DNA of 45,031 nt, from positions 1 to 45,031 of the IMG/VR virus record IMGVR_UViG_3300033412_000029; one strand, written 5' to 3'. This DNA is from a virus. Lineage: Duplodnaviria > Caudoviricetes. The notes below the pieces were generated by a model, which was given only the letters and a program-made list of their open reading frames with translations, was not told where the DNA came from and searched no databases. Positions 10,835 to 20,037 of this stretch are shown here, piece by piece (the stretch's first letter is position 1; each line of letters starts with the position of its first letter). The position numbers and the translations under genes were made by a program.

Positions 10835-12807
10835 GCCATTCGCTACCGTCGCGTGAAGTGTATGCGGTCGATGTACCGGAAGTCAAGAACTTTCACGGTG
10901 AGTTCCACTACAACTTCTTCGTTCCCGACGAGAGCGTGTCGGAGACCGGTGGCGTGCCGTCTCAGATCCTCGAACGCCCGGCCGGCGAGGTCGACGCCTC
11001 GTTCATCCAGTACTCAGTCACTCGTGCCCCTCGCTTCGTTCGGTTCACGTTCAGCTTGCCTCGCCTGGTCGATCCTGGCAAGCGAGTCACGGATCACCAT
11101 GCTCGAAACCTCGTCTTTGACTCAGGCGCTCAGAACGGTTCGCTGATTCATGACAACCTGGACAAGGTCATCACCGAAGATCACTTTGCTTCGGACGACT
11201 ATGTCGCCGTCAACTTTCACGACGGCGAACTCGATGACAAGATTCACTACCTCGTGTCGAGTTCCTACGAACAGCACACGATGGATCACCCCACCGACCA
11301 TCATGTAGGTCACTACAAGGCGGCGACGCGCTTTCACGCGGTGTTGCCCAAGCACATCAAGCCGCACTTCGTCTTCAGGCACATGACCCACCCGACGCGG
11401 GCGACGGGCACGAGATTCTTTACGAAGGGTAACCAACGCATCTTCAATCAGTACTTTCGTCGGCTGCACCGCGTCTTGGTCAATGCTCAGATCAACGGCA
11501 AGCTGTTCCATGACATCACCAACCGGTCGATCAAGGACCCGAACTTTCCATTCGCGGCCGACATGGAAAACATGCACGCCTACACCAAGAAGGTGCAGCA
11601 CAAGGTCCAACACCGCTTCAACAACACGGTCCATGAGCGAGACTTCAAGACATTTGTTCCGTTCATTGACGTGACCGTCCGTCGAACGACGCACCACCAC
11701 GACCAGCGCGGCGCCGAAATCGTGGGCTACATCATCGACAAGGCCGAGATCAATCCTGACGGTTCAACTCGTGCGCTGCCGCCTGTCATTGTCGACAATC
11801 CCAAAACTCACCTGACGGCTGACTACCACGTCAAGTACGGTCACCGCTACGTCTACAGCATCCGCACTGTTGCTCAGTTCAAGATGCCGGCGATCGATGA
11901 TGACACGGGCGACGTAGCGATGCTCAAGATCCTGGTCAGCTCCAAGCCATCGACCAAGATCTATGTCCAGTGCATTGAGGCCGTCGCCCCACCCGCACCG
12001 TCTGACCTGAACTTCACCTGGAACTACGAGCGCATCAATCCCACGACGGCGGACCACGATCCGATCACGGGACGACCTGAAGAGGGGACGGGCGAGCCGG
12101 GCAGCTTGTTGGTCCACTGGACGTTCCCACCCAACTCACAGCGCGACATCAAGAAGTTTCAGGTGTTCCGTCGCCGTGACACCAACCACCCGTTTGAGCT
12201 CATCAAGATGTACGACTTTGACGACTCGGTCGTCAAGTACCCCAACGCTGAGCAACCTCACCCGGCTCTGGTCGAGCACCTGCGTTCACCTTGCACGTTC
12301 TTCTATGATGATGAGTTTGTGGGGGCCAAACACCACAATGAAGCTCACTCGGTGATCTACGCCATCGCGGCCATCGATGCCCACGGATTCACCTCCAGTT
12401 TTTCTGCACAGTTTGCAGTGTGGTTCGACCCTTTCAAGAATCAGCTACAGAAAAAGCTGATCTCTCACGCAGGGGCACCCAAGCCGTACCCGAACTTGTA
12501 CCTGGAGGCTGACACCTTCGTTGATACGATTCGGGTCGCTGGTCCCAACGCCAAGACGATGCGAGTGTACTTCAACCCTGAGTACTACCACCTCTACGAC
12601 GACAACGGTCGCCTGATTCGAGTGTTGGCCACGAAGCAGACGGGCGGACAGTACAAGCTGCAGTTCATCAACCTCGACAATCAGAAGTCAGCGGTCATCA
12701 ACATCAACATCAACGATCGCATTCGAGCTGCTTCCAAGACGATCAAGTTCCCAGACATCAGGTTTGGCAACCGGAGAAAGCGCCCCCAGATCAAACTGCC
12801 AGGGTGA
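10831..12807 (+). CDS. Putative structural protein, His-rich, with FN3-like segments
   Basis: 658 aa with ATGA overlap; contains PPAPSDL..W, YVYSIRTV and YAIAAIDAHG..S segments. Confidence 0.5.
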   Translation: MSHSLPSREVYAVDVPEVKNFHGEFHYNFFVPDESVSETGGVPSQILERPAGEVDASFIQYSVTRAPRFVRFTFSLPRLVDPGKRVTDHHARNLVFDSGAQNGSLIHDNLDKVITEDHFASDDYVAVNFHDGELDDKIHYLVSSSYEQHTMDHPTDHHVGHYKAATRFHAVLPKHIKPHFVFRHMTHPTRATGTRFFTKGNQRIFNQYFRRLHRVLVNAQINGKLFHDITNRSIKDPNFPFAADMENMHAYTKKVQHKVQHRFNNTVHERDFKTFVPFIDVTVRRTTHHHDQRGAEIVGYIIDKAEINPDGSTRALPPVIVDNPKTHLTADYHVKYGHRYVYSIRTVAQFKMPAIDDDTGDVAMLKILVSSKPSTKIYVQCIEAVAPPAPSDLNFTWNYERINPTTADHDPITGRPEEGTGEPGSLLVHWTFPPNSQRDIKKFQVFRRRDTNHPFELIKMYDFDDSVVKYPNAEQPHPALVEHLRSPCTFFYDDEFVGAKHHNEAHSVIYAIAAIDAHGFTSSFSAQFAVWFDPFKNQLQKKLISHAGAPKPYPNLYLEADTFVDTIRVAGPNAKTMRVYFNPEYYHLYDDNGRLIRVLATKQTGGQYKLQFINLDNQKSAVINININDRIRAASKTIKFPDIRFGNRRKRPQIKLPG

Positions 12808-12848
12808 TTATGTTTACTCGTGATGCGAGGACAGTAGGATAAGACGAG

Positions 12849-13211
12849 ATGAAAGGGAGCCGCCGATTTGAGTACGTCGCCTTTTGGGGCGAGGTGGCCT
12901 GGGTCGCTGGGACGACCGACTACAACTGTGTCGCTCAGGGTCAGACTCTGGCACGCGCAGTTGAGAACCTTGAGTACTCACTCCGTGTCGATGCACAGTT
13001 TGCCTTGAATGAAGGAAAAGCACCTTTCACCATCGACTACGACGGCAAGCTGCCGTTGGATGAATTCAAGGATCCGCGCGGCGCGCAGTTCGTGCCGTAC
13101 GACAAGCTCGCCGCCAAGAAAGGCGTGCGATATCGTGGACGACTGACGGTTGAGTGGGGCGAAGCCGAGGTCAGGCTCCTCCGAGAGCAGGCCAAGCAGA
13201 GGCAGCGATGA
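12849..13211 (+). CDS. HicB-like antitoxin-domain protein (orphan)
   Basis: YVAFW..AWVA..DYNCVAQGQTLARAVENLEYSL...LNEGKAP matches the HicB N-terminal pattern (xxG-x-T-x-E-E-A-x-x-N-x-x-E-A). No hicA-like ORF is adjacent. Confidence 0.55.
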   Translation: MKGSRRFEYVAFWGEVAWVAGTTDYNCVAQGQTLARAVENLEYSLRVDAQFALNEGKAPFTIDYDGKLPLDEFKDPRGAQFVPYDKLAAKKGVRYRGRLTVEWGEAEVRLLREQAKQRQR

Positions 13212-13271
13212 ACCCGAGCGTCGACACCAGGAAGAAGACCGTAGCAGCGCAATACGTAGGGAACAGGGCAC

Positions 13272-13988
13272 ATGGGCTTTCTTGACCACTCGACGAACAA
13301 TCTGATTCTGGACGCAGTCCTCACTGACGTCGGGCGCCAATTCTTGGCCCGCAACGACGGCAGTTTCTCCATCCACAAGTTCGCCTTGGGCGACGATGAG
13401 GTCAACTACGGCATCATTGCCAAGTACGGCCGCACGGTGGGCAAGGAGAAGATCGAGAAGAACACGCCCATCCTGGAGGCGTTGACCAACCAGACGCACT
13501 CGCAAAAGTACAAGCTGGTCAGCGTGTCAAACCCCAATCTGCTGCGCCTGCCCACTCTTTCACTGTCCGGTGACTCTAACGTCGACGCAACCAACAGCAT
13601 CATCACCCTAGGCCGCAATGCCCAGAAGACAGCGTCGGCCACCATCGAGCAGACCATCAAGAACGAGACGACGATCGACGTCGAGCTCAGGGACCAGACC
13701 TTCATCATCGAGGTACCCAACCTGTTCCTGCAGATCCTGCAGAACACGCCCGAGAACATCGACGGCCAACAGCGCGCTACCTACATCCTGACCCGGTCGC
13801 CGGCTGAAAACAGCTTCGGCGGCAGCTCGGTGCAATTCACCCTGTCCGTCAAGAGCTTGACGGATGCGCTGTTCACTGTCTACGGCACCACGGCCAACAA
13901 GGCCAGGATCAAGGCCTTCGTCAAGGTGACAGGCGTCCAGTCCGGCGCGGTGAAGGACATCGCCATCATCATTGACAAGAACCTGTGA
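13272..13988 (+). CDS. Putative baseplate/tail structural protein
   Basis: 238 aa. ILDAVLTDVGRQFLARNDGSFSIHKFALGD resembles the N-terminal (L)T-x-x-G-x-x-x-L-A...F-A-x-G-D of tail-collar-fibre/baseplate domains. Confidence 0.55.
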   Translation: MGFLDHSTNNLILDAVLTDVGRQFLARNDGSFSIHKFALGDDEVNYGIIAKYGRTVGKEKIEKNTPILEALTNQTHSQKYKLVSVSNPNLLRLPTLSLSGDSNVDATNSIITLGRNAQKTASATIEQTIKNETTIDVELRDQTFIIEVPNLFLQILQNTPENIDGQQRATYILTRSPAENSFGGSSVQFTLSVKSLTDALFTVYGTTANKARIKAFVKVTGVQSGAVKDIAIIIDKNL

Positions 13989-14008
13989 TCCACGGAGCGA
14001 ACTGAACC

Positions 14009-15235
14009 ATGGCAATCTTCAAGGAGATCCTACCGAGCGACATCAAGACGGCTCGTTCGTTCCTGAACCAGCTGATTGACGTCCTCCAAGAGGACATCAG
14101 CGGTTCGGTGTCGCGCCGCAAGTACCAAGTCTTCGTCACCGGTGGCGTCGGACCTGGCGTCACCAGCTCATTGTTCCAGACCATCTACGACCAGGACTTC
14201 ACGTTGCAGACCGCCAACCCGGTCCTCGACATGACGATCGGTCTGTTCCCCAACGGTTCGACGGTATCAACGTCCAAAACCGGTACCGACGCGGCTGGCA
14301 AGGAACTGTTCCCATCATCGTCACTGATGATGCGTGAGAAGATGGACATCTACCGTCAGTTTGCCCAGGGTCTCTTGGGTGACTCAACGCAGGCCTTCAC
14401 TGCACCATTCGACTCGTCCAACGTCGCCGACCAGGTTGACGCTGCGCTGTTCATCGCTTTCAAGCGCCTGTTTGCCCGAGACCAGATCAAGAGGGAGACC
14501 TTCGCTATGAAGTTCTTCCAGACGGCGTCGTTCACGGGACCCAACACCACGATCCCGGCCGAGACGTTCCCGTCACAGCCCAACCTGTTCATCACCACGA
14601 CGTCAGGTTCGGCCATCTACACTGACATCGGTGCAGCCACCAACAAGCTGACGACCTTCGGTGGTCAGGTCGGCAACATCGTCGACTCAGCCAACACCAA
14701 CCGCAACGTCGGCCTGATGTTCTACGACCGCGGCATTGCGGTCTTCGACCTCACCAAGATCACGTCGGCCTCACAGTACATGTCGGGTACCATCGACGCG
14801 ATGCACCCGCTCGGTCGCATCACCTTGGGCTCGTCGGGCACTCAGACACAGTTCTTGTCGAAGTTCATTCCGGACTTCGTGGTATCGGCCAGCATCGACA
14901 ACATCGTCGACCACATCTCAAGTGCTCGATTCGGTTCAGGTTCGAACACGGCCATCACCTTCCAGAACGTCACCAACATCAACAGCACGTTGATCTTCTG
15001 CCGCGCAGCGGCGGACGAGTTCAACTACTCGTCAAATCCGACATTCATCGATACCGATGACAGAATCGTCGTCATCGACATCGGCCAGGAGGACACGCAA
15101 CAGTCGTTCACCTTCCCGACCTCGGTCGGCCTGTACGATGCCAATGACAACCTGCTGGCGGTGGCCAAACTGTCACGGCCCGTCGAGAAGAGCCCTGAAC
15201 GAGACTTGACGTTCCGCGTCCGACTCGACTTCTGA
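14009..15235 (+). CDS. Putative baseplate/tail structural protein
   Basis: 408 aa. C-terminal TSVGLYDANDNLLAVAKLSRPVEK...FRVRLDF resembles baseplate/tail-collar-fibre domains. Confidence 0.6.
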   Translation: MAIFKEILPSDIKTARSFLNQLIDVLQEDISGSVSRRKYQVFVTGGVGPGVTSSLFQTIYDQDFTLQTANPVLDMTIGLFPNGSTVSTSKTGTDAAGKELFPSSSLMMREKMDIYRQFAQGLLGDSTQAFTAPFDSSNVADQVDAALFIAFKRLFARDQIKRETFAMKFFQTASFTGPNTTIPAETFPSQPNLFITTTSGSAIYTDIGAATNKLTTFGGQVGNIVDSANTNRNVGLMFYDRGIAVFDLTKITSASQYMSGTIDAMHPLGRITLGSSGTQTQFLSKFIPDFVVSASIDNIVDHISSARFGSGSNTAITFQNVTNINSTLIFCRAAADEFNYSSNPTFIDTDDRIVVIDIGQEDTQQSFTFPTSVGLYDANDNLLAVAKLSRPVEKSPERDLTFRVRLDF

Positions 15236-15288
15236 TGCACGCCGGCAGCCCCGTCTTCAGCGGGGTATAGTTACGTGGAGTAGCCGGC

Positions 15289-17799
15289 ATGAGCATCTAC
15301 AAGGTCAACAGAGGGGACGTCGAGAGCTTCTCGGTCGTCACCCACCCGATCCGACACTACGTGTCGAGTTCTACGCAGGGTGTGACCGGCTCAGTTCACG
15401 TCTTCGCTCGCCGGTCAGACATCGAGAAGGAGATGACGCCGCTGTCCTCCTTCCAGGAGGCAACGCACGGCGATGCGGACCTCGCATCATCCCTGCGGTC
15501 AGTGCAGCAGGCAGGCAAAATGGCACGGCTGGTGCCGTCCAGCAACCTGTCGGGCACCCTGAACCGGATGCTCGACGAGTACCTGGACAAGGTGACGCTG
15601 CAGCAGGCCTCTGCTCGAAAGCAGAAGGCCCTTGACGTCATTCGCTTCACACCATCGGTGTCCTTCACGTCGAATACGCTGCGTAAGGCATTCGTCAAGG
15701 ATGTACTGAATCGGTACTACCGCACTGCGTACCCGTCAGCCCACTGGGCGTACTCGAACTACCACTCGCTCAACTTCTTCACCTCTTCGACGGTTCCGAC
15801 GTCGTCGGTGCTGTTGTATCCCAACATCGAAGGTGGACCGGTCCACGAGAACTACGTCAGCGGCGTTTACGTACCGAGCGGCTCCTTCAGCTTCGACTTT
15901 TACGTCAATCCCCGGTATCAGACCGACAATCCCAACGGGTCGTTCAAGGCGGGTACGCTGCTGCACCTGTCGTCGACGTTCGCGGTATCGTTGGTCACGG
16001 GGTCTCGTAAGGATGAGAACGGCAGGCCGGTAGGCTTCCGCATCCAATTGCAGCTGAGCCATAGCGCTGACATCCCGCCGTCGCAACTGCTGGCGGTCGG
16101 CAATCAAGCGACGGCAGCGTCGGGCTGGGGAAGGTCGAACCTTGTCTTCCTGTCAGATGACAACTCGCTGCTGTGGAACAGGTGGCAACACGTCGTCATT
16201 CGATGGGGTACCAACCTCATCAACCAGGGCACCGGTTCGTTCAACATCGATGGCACCGACAAGGGCACTTTCGTCGTGCCGTCATCGACCATCGCGCCGC
16301 TATCATTCATCGCGGGCGGCAACTCTGAGCCCGACGTCCTGTGTGTGGGCAACTACTTCGAGGGACTCAACAATGGCACCGGGTCGATGTCGTACTTCTT
16401 TGCGGCAGACCCGGCACTGCGTGATGGCCTACAGCAGCTCGAGGCTGACGTTGCGATCGAGACGCCGAATCGGTTCGCTTTCAACCACCCGTTCAAGGGT
16501 GAGGTCCATGACGTAGCGATCAAGCGCTTCTACATGGGCGACCTGGACATCTCCACGTCGGCGTCAGTTGGTCCTAAGGCAATCGGACCTAGCGATGAGA
16601 TCGCCTTCTACTTGCCGCCGTTCTTCGTTGAGGAGTCGCCCTTCAGGCAGTTCGTCGGCCTCGACGGAGGCATCCTCCAGACGCCGTTCTTTGAAGTCGA
16701 TGGTACCACCAACGATCCTTTCAACGTCGCCTTGTCGTTTGGTGTTGCTGGTCACTACATCAACATCGAGAACTTCCTGCGAGACTTTGCGAGCGATGTC
16801 TTCCCGCGGGTTCACCACATGACGGGCGTGACCATCAAGACGACCACCGACGTCGCCCGGCCAGCCAATGACTTTCTGTACGATCAGCCTTACGTCCGCC
16901 GGCGCAATCTGTTGATCATGCCGTGTGATGACGGACTGTTCGTTCCGTCGTTCGAACTGCTGGCGTCGGAGAGCAGGAGGACGACGGCTGTCGACGACCT
17001 AGGTGTTGAGGAATTGAGCTTCATTCACCTCGACAACATCGTGTCCACGGCGTCATTGTTGTTCCACACTGACTTTGGAGGAGACTCATCCTTCATCGAC
17101 CAGACGGTGGGCGTTAGCCCGGAGACTCCTGGCAAGGCGCCCGGCCCGGCGTACCTCAACTACATGTCGAACGTCGACAAGGCCGTTGCTTCGGGCACCT
17201 TTGACCCAGGCATTCAGGACGGCGCTCCGCTGACGATTTTCCAGCGGACCCGTGACCCGTCGTCAAATCAGGTCACCTTCTTTGACATCAGCAACTTGTT
17301 CTATGGCAAGCGGATCCTGCCCGGCACCTTCGTCATCAGCGATCCGAGCCTCAGCGGTTCTGGTGGCGCGATCAGCCTGACGTTGAAGGATGATGGCTTG
17401 GGCAACATCTACCGAGCCGACTGCCTGACCAGCGCTAGCACCTGGAACAGCGTGGGCAACATCTACTACGACGAAGGCCTCGTCGTCATCAAGAGCCCGC
17501 ACCTCTACTTCTTCGGCAAGGAAGGCTACGAGATCAGCTTCCGAGGCGAGCAGCGGGTCCACGTGATGAAGATTGACGTCACTGCCCCATCGAACCAACT
17601 CAACTCGTCGTCCAACCCCAACTACAAGAACGTCCCGCCGTCGACCTTCCCGAATGACCCAGACAAGGAGTTCGTCTACATCACCGGCATCAACCTGCAC
17701 GACGACAACCTCAACGTCATCATGAAGACGCAGTTGGCGCAACCCATCATCAAACGGACGGGTGATCGAATCGCCTTCCACATCAAGGTAGACTTCTGA
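15289..17799 (+). CDS. Putative baseplate protein with a LamG/ConA-like domain
   Basis: 836 aa. SFSFDFYVNP...WQHVVIRW...FKGEVHDVAI is LamG-like. The C-terminus (NxSSNP...ITGINLHDDNLNVIMKTQLAQPIIK...FHIKVDF) is paralogous to that of 14009..15235. Confidence 0.55.
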   Translation: MSIYKVNRGDVESFSVVTHPIRHYVSSSTQGVTGSVHVFARRSDIEKEMTPLSSFQEATHGDADLASSLRSVQQAGKMARLVPSSNLSGTLNRMLDEYLDKVTLQQASARKQKALDVIRFTPSVSFTSNTLRKAFVKDVLNRYYRTAYPSAHWAYSNYHSLNFFTSSTVPTSSVLLYPNIEGGPVHENYVSGVYVPSGSFSFDFYVNPRYQTDNPNGSFKAGTLLHLSSTFAVSLVTGSRKDENGRPVGFRIQLQLSHSADIPPSQLLAVGNQATAASGWGRSNLVFLSDDNSLLWNRWQHVVIRWGTNLINQGTGSFNIDGTDKGTFVVPSSTIAPLSFIAGGNSEPDVLCVGNYFEGLNNGTGSMSYFFAADPALRDGLQQLEADVAIETPNRFAFNHPFKGEVHDVAIKRFYMGDLDISTSASVGPKAIGPSDEIAFYLPPFFVEESPFRQFVGLDGGILQTPFFEVDGTTNDPFNVALSFGVAGHYINIENFLRDFASDVFPRVHHMTGVTIKTTTDVARPANDFLYDQPYVRRRNLLIMPCDDGLFVPSFELLASESRRTTAVDDLGVEELSFIHLDNIVSTASLLFHTDFGGDSSFIDQTVGVSPETPGKAPGPAYLNYMSNVDKAVASGTFDPGIQDGAPLTIFQRTRDPSSNQVTFFDISNLFYGKRILPGTFVISDPSLSGSGGAISLTLKDDGLGNIYRADCLTSASTWNSVGNIYYDEGLVVIKSPHLYFFGKEGYEISFRGEQRVHVMKIDVTAPSNQLNSSSNPNYKNVPPSTFPNDPDKEFVYITGINLHDDNLNVIMKTQLAQPIIKRTGDRIAFHIKVDF

Positions 17800-18419
17800 T
17801 GAAAGCCCGACTCAAGTTCAACAACAAGCCGTACTTCAACTACCCACCCGACAAGCTGGTGTGTCCCGGCAAGCTGGTCGGTCGTGGCGAGGGTCGGCAG
17901 CTGTGGACGATGATCTTCACGGTGTCGAAGCAGATCAGCACGCTGGTCTATGAGGGCGACTTGACGTGGTTGGCGGCGCCCAGTGAGCAGGACTTTGGCA
18001 AGGGCGTCAGGTTCCAACTCATCGCCGAGCCACGCCGCAAGGGTCAGCCGCTCGACAGTCGCAGGCGCGACAATGTAACGCAGGAACAGCGCAGCAAGTT
18101 TCCAGCTCGCTCTCTACCTGATCCTGACGCTCCTGTCGCTGAAGAGCCTAAGGAACCCAAGGAAGACAAGAAAAAGGGTCCCATCGGCGGAGGTAAGCGA
18201 GGGGCTCACGCTGCGGGCGGTCCCCCAGCAGATCCTGGTGGGGGTAGTCCACCTGACGATCCAGGAGGCGATCACGGTGGAGGTCCTCCTCCACACCCAG
18301 GTCCGCCCGATGATCGTCCGCAGCCCAATCCCAAGATTCCTCACCCGACGCCCGACCTGTACACTGCGGATCCACGCGTCTCGGGAGTGTTCGCTGAAGG
18401 AGTGTTGCTTGGCCCGTAA
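17799..18419 (+). CDS. Hypothetical protein with Pro/Gly-rich low-complexity C-terminal half
   Basis: 206 aa with TGATG coupling to the upstream gene. Confidence 0.5.
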   Translation: MKARLKFNNKPYFNYPPDKLVCPGKLVGRGEGRQLWTMIFTVSKQISTLVYEGDLTWLAAPSEQDFGKGVRFQLIAEPRRKGQPLDSRRRDNVTQEQRSKFPARSLPDPDAPVAEEPKEPKEDKKKGPIGGGKRGAHAAGGPPADPGGGSPPDDPGGDHGGGPPPHPGPPDDRPQPNPKIPHPTPDLYTADPRVSGVFAEGVLLGP

Positions 18420-18807
18420 GAAACGGCGCAAGCGCAAGGGACACTACCACACCGGCGTCCACGTATCCGTCAAGGGTGGTGAGTGTAAGTACCGCAGTGG
18501 GTGGGAACTGAAGTACATGGAGCACATGGACTCTGATGACAAGGTCCTGCGCTTTGAGTACGAACAGGTCAAGATCCCATACATCAGCAACGTGCGAACC
18601 GGCAAGATCCGGCACTACTACCCGGACTTCCTGGTCACCTACGTCGACGGTACCCAGAAGTTGGTGGAGATCAAGCCCAAGAAGCGCCTGGACCAGGCCA
18701 AGGTGACCAAGAAGCTGAAGGCGGCAGAGGTATGGTGTAGGGAACACGGTGTGACCCTGGCCGTGCTGACAGAGATTGAGCTTAGGCTATTGGGGCTGCT
18801 CAAATAA
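18409..18807 (+). CDS. TnsA-N-like PD-(D/E)XK endonuclease (T4 gp4 head-completion-like)
   Basis: YRSGWE...YEQVKIPY...YYPDF...LVEIKP motifs. A TTG start at 18409 after GAAGGAG is more plausible than 18238. Confidence 0.75.
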   Translation: MARKKRRKRKGHYHTGVHVSVKGGECKYRSGWELKYMEHMDSDDKVLRFEYEQVKIPYISNVRTGKIRHYYPDFLVTYVDGTQKLVEIKPKKRLDQAKVTKKLKAAEVWCREHGVTLAVLTEIELRLLGLLK

Positions 18808-18843
18808 GCGTTTTCTGGGGCACACCGTGGGATACGTATGCCG

Positions 18844-19431
18844 GTGAAGCTCCTGCGCGAGTATGTCCGGGAAGTCGTTGAATCATCGACGACGTTCAGC
18901 CTGGAAGAGTTCAAGACCTCCCCGGATCCCGAGGGCTACTTGGCGTCCCACGCGACGGAGCTGGGTTCGGGCGTCGGCCGCACCGTCTACGACATCGGCG
19001 GTGATCAGGTCATCAAGTGGGCCCGCAACAAGAATGGCGTCCGACAGAACAAGCGCGAGTCGATGATCACGCAGTGTGCTGCCGAGGGCGCACCCATCGT
19101 GCCGGTCAACCAGGCTGCCCCCAATCACGCGTGGGTCATCGTTCCCAAGGTCGAACACGTCACGGGCAGTGCTTTGGACCGCATCATCAAGATGGTGACG
19201 GGTTTGAAGAACACTGAAGAGCTGATCTACGTGGTGGAGGCTGGGTCGAAGAACGATCCCGATTGGGCTGATGCACTGCCCACCCACCAGAAGCTCTATA
19301 AGACGAACGACTGGTATAGGGCGCTGTTCGACACCGTGGTGTCGTGCAAGCTGATCCCAACTGAGCTCCATGCTGACAACTGGGGTCTGGATGAGAACGC
19401 AGACCTGGTCCTGATTGACCCGGGCATGTAA
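18844..19431 (+). CDS. Protein kinase/APH-like fold protein
   Basis: Gly loop LGSGVGRTVY, VIK lysine, helix-C Glu (QNKRE), ELHADN catalytic-loop-like and LIDPG (DFG-like). Start is probably GTG 18844 (ORF track gives ATG 18838). Confidence 0.7.
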   Translation: MKLLREYVREVVESSTTFSLEEFKTSPDPEGYLASHATELGSGVGRTVYDIGGDQVIKWARNKNGVRQNKRESMITQCAAEGAPIVPVNQAAPNHAWVIVPKVEHVTGSALDRIIKMVTGLKNTEELIYVVEAGSKNDPDWADALPTHQKLYKTNDWYRALFDTVVSCKLIPTELHADNWGLDENADLVLIDPGM

Positions 19432-19467
19432 CCGTTTACGAGCGATGTCGAGAGCCAACAATTCGGC

Positions 19468-20028
19468 ATGACCGAACTGATCCTGGGCCTTGACGTCTCA
19501 ACGTCAAACACAGGCGTGGTCTTCCTTGACACCGCGGGAACGATTGTCACGTTGGATCACATCGACTTCAAGGGGTGCGAGACCTTCTGGGAGAAATGTG
19601 ACCGACTGCGTGAACGCTTCCAGGAATTCAAGGTCAAGCACCCGAAGCTAGTCGGGTTCTACATCGAAGAGCCGATGAAGAGGTTCGCCGCAGGTTTTTC
19701 CAGCGCCGAAGTCATCAGTACTCTGCAGCGTTTCAACGGCATCGCTTGCTTCTTGGCTCGGGAAACCTGGGGCCTCGATCCGACGTACATCAACGTGTCT
19801 TCAGCGCGAAAGTTGGCCGGCATCAAGGTGACGACCAAGGCGAAGGCCGGCGGCCGTGACGTCAAGACGCAGGTCTTTGATCACATGGCAGCGACTGACT
19901 TGTCTCACGTCAAGTGGCCCCTGAAACAGCGGAGCCCCAACATCGTCGATTGGGCCAAGGATGTGACCGATGCCTACGTCATCGCCAAGGCCGGAGCGGT
20001 GCTGAACACGCAACCACGTGTAGCGTAA
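19468..20028 (+). CDS. RuvC-like Holliday junction resolvase
   Basis: ILGLDVST..TG, YIEEP and DVTDAYVIA supply the RuvC acidic residues. Confidence 0.75.
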   Translation: MTELILGLDVSTSNTGVVFLDTAGTIVTLDHIDFKGCETFWEKCDRLRERFQEFKVKHPKLVGFYIEEPMKRFAAGFSSAEVISTLQRFNGIACFLARETWGLDPTYINVSSARKLAGIKVTTKAKAGGRDVKTQVFDHMAATDLSHVKWPLKQRSPNIVDWAKDVTDAYVIAKAGAVLNTQPRVA

Positions 20029-20037
20029 GTTTGGCGG

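Noticed and set aside
18409-18807. TnsA-like nuclease as evidence of a Tn7 transposon
   Set aside because: No tnsB/tnsC or terminal repeats; stand-alone TnsA-like/gp4 genes are normal in T4-like morphogenesis regions.
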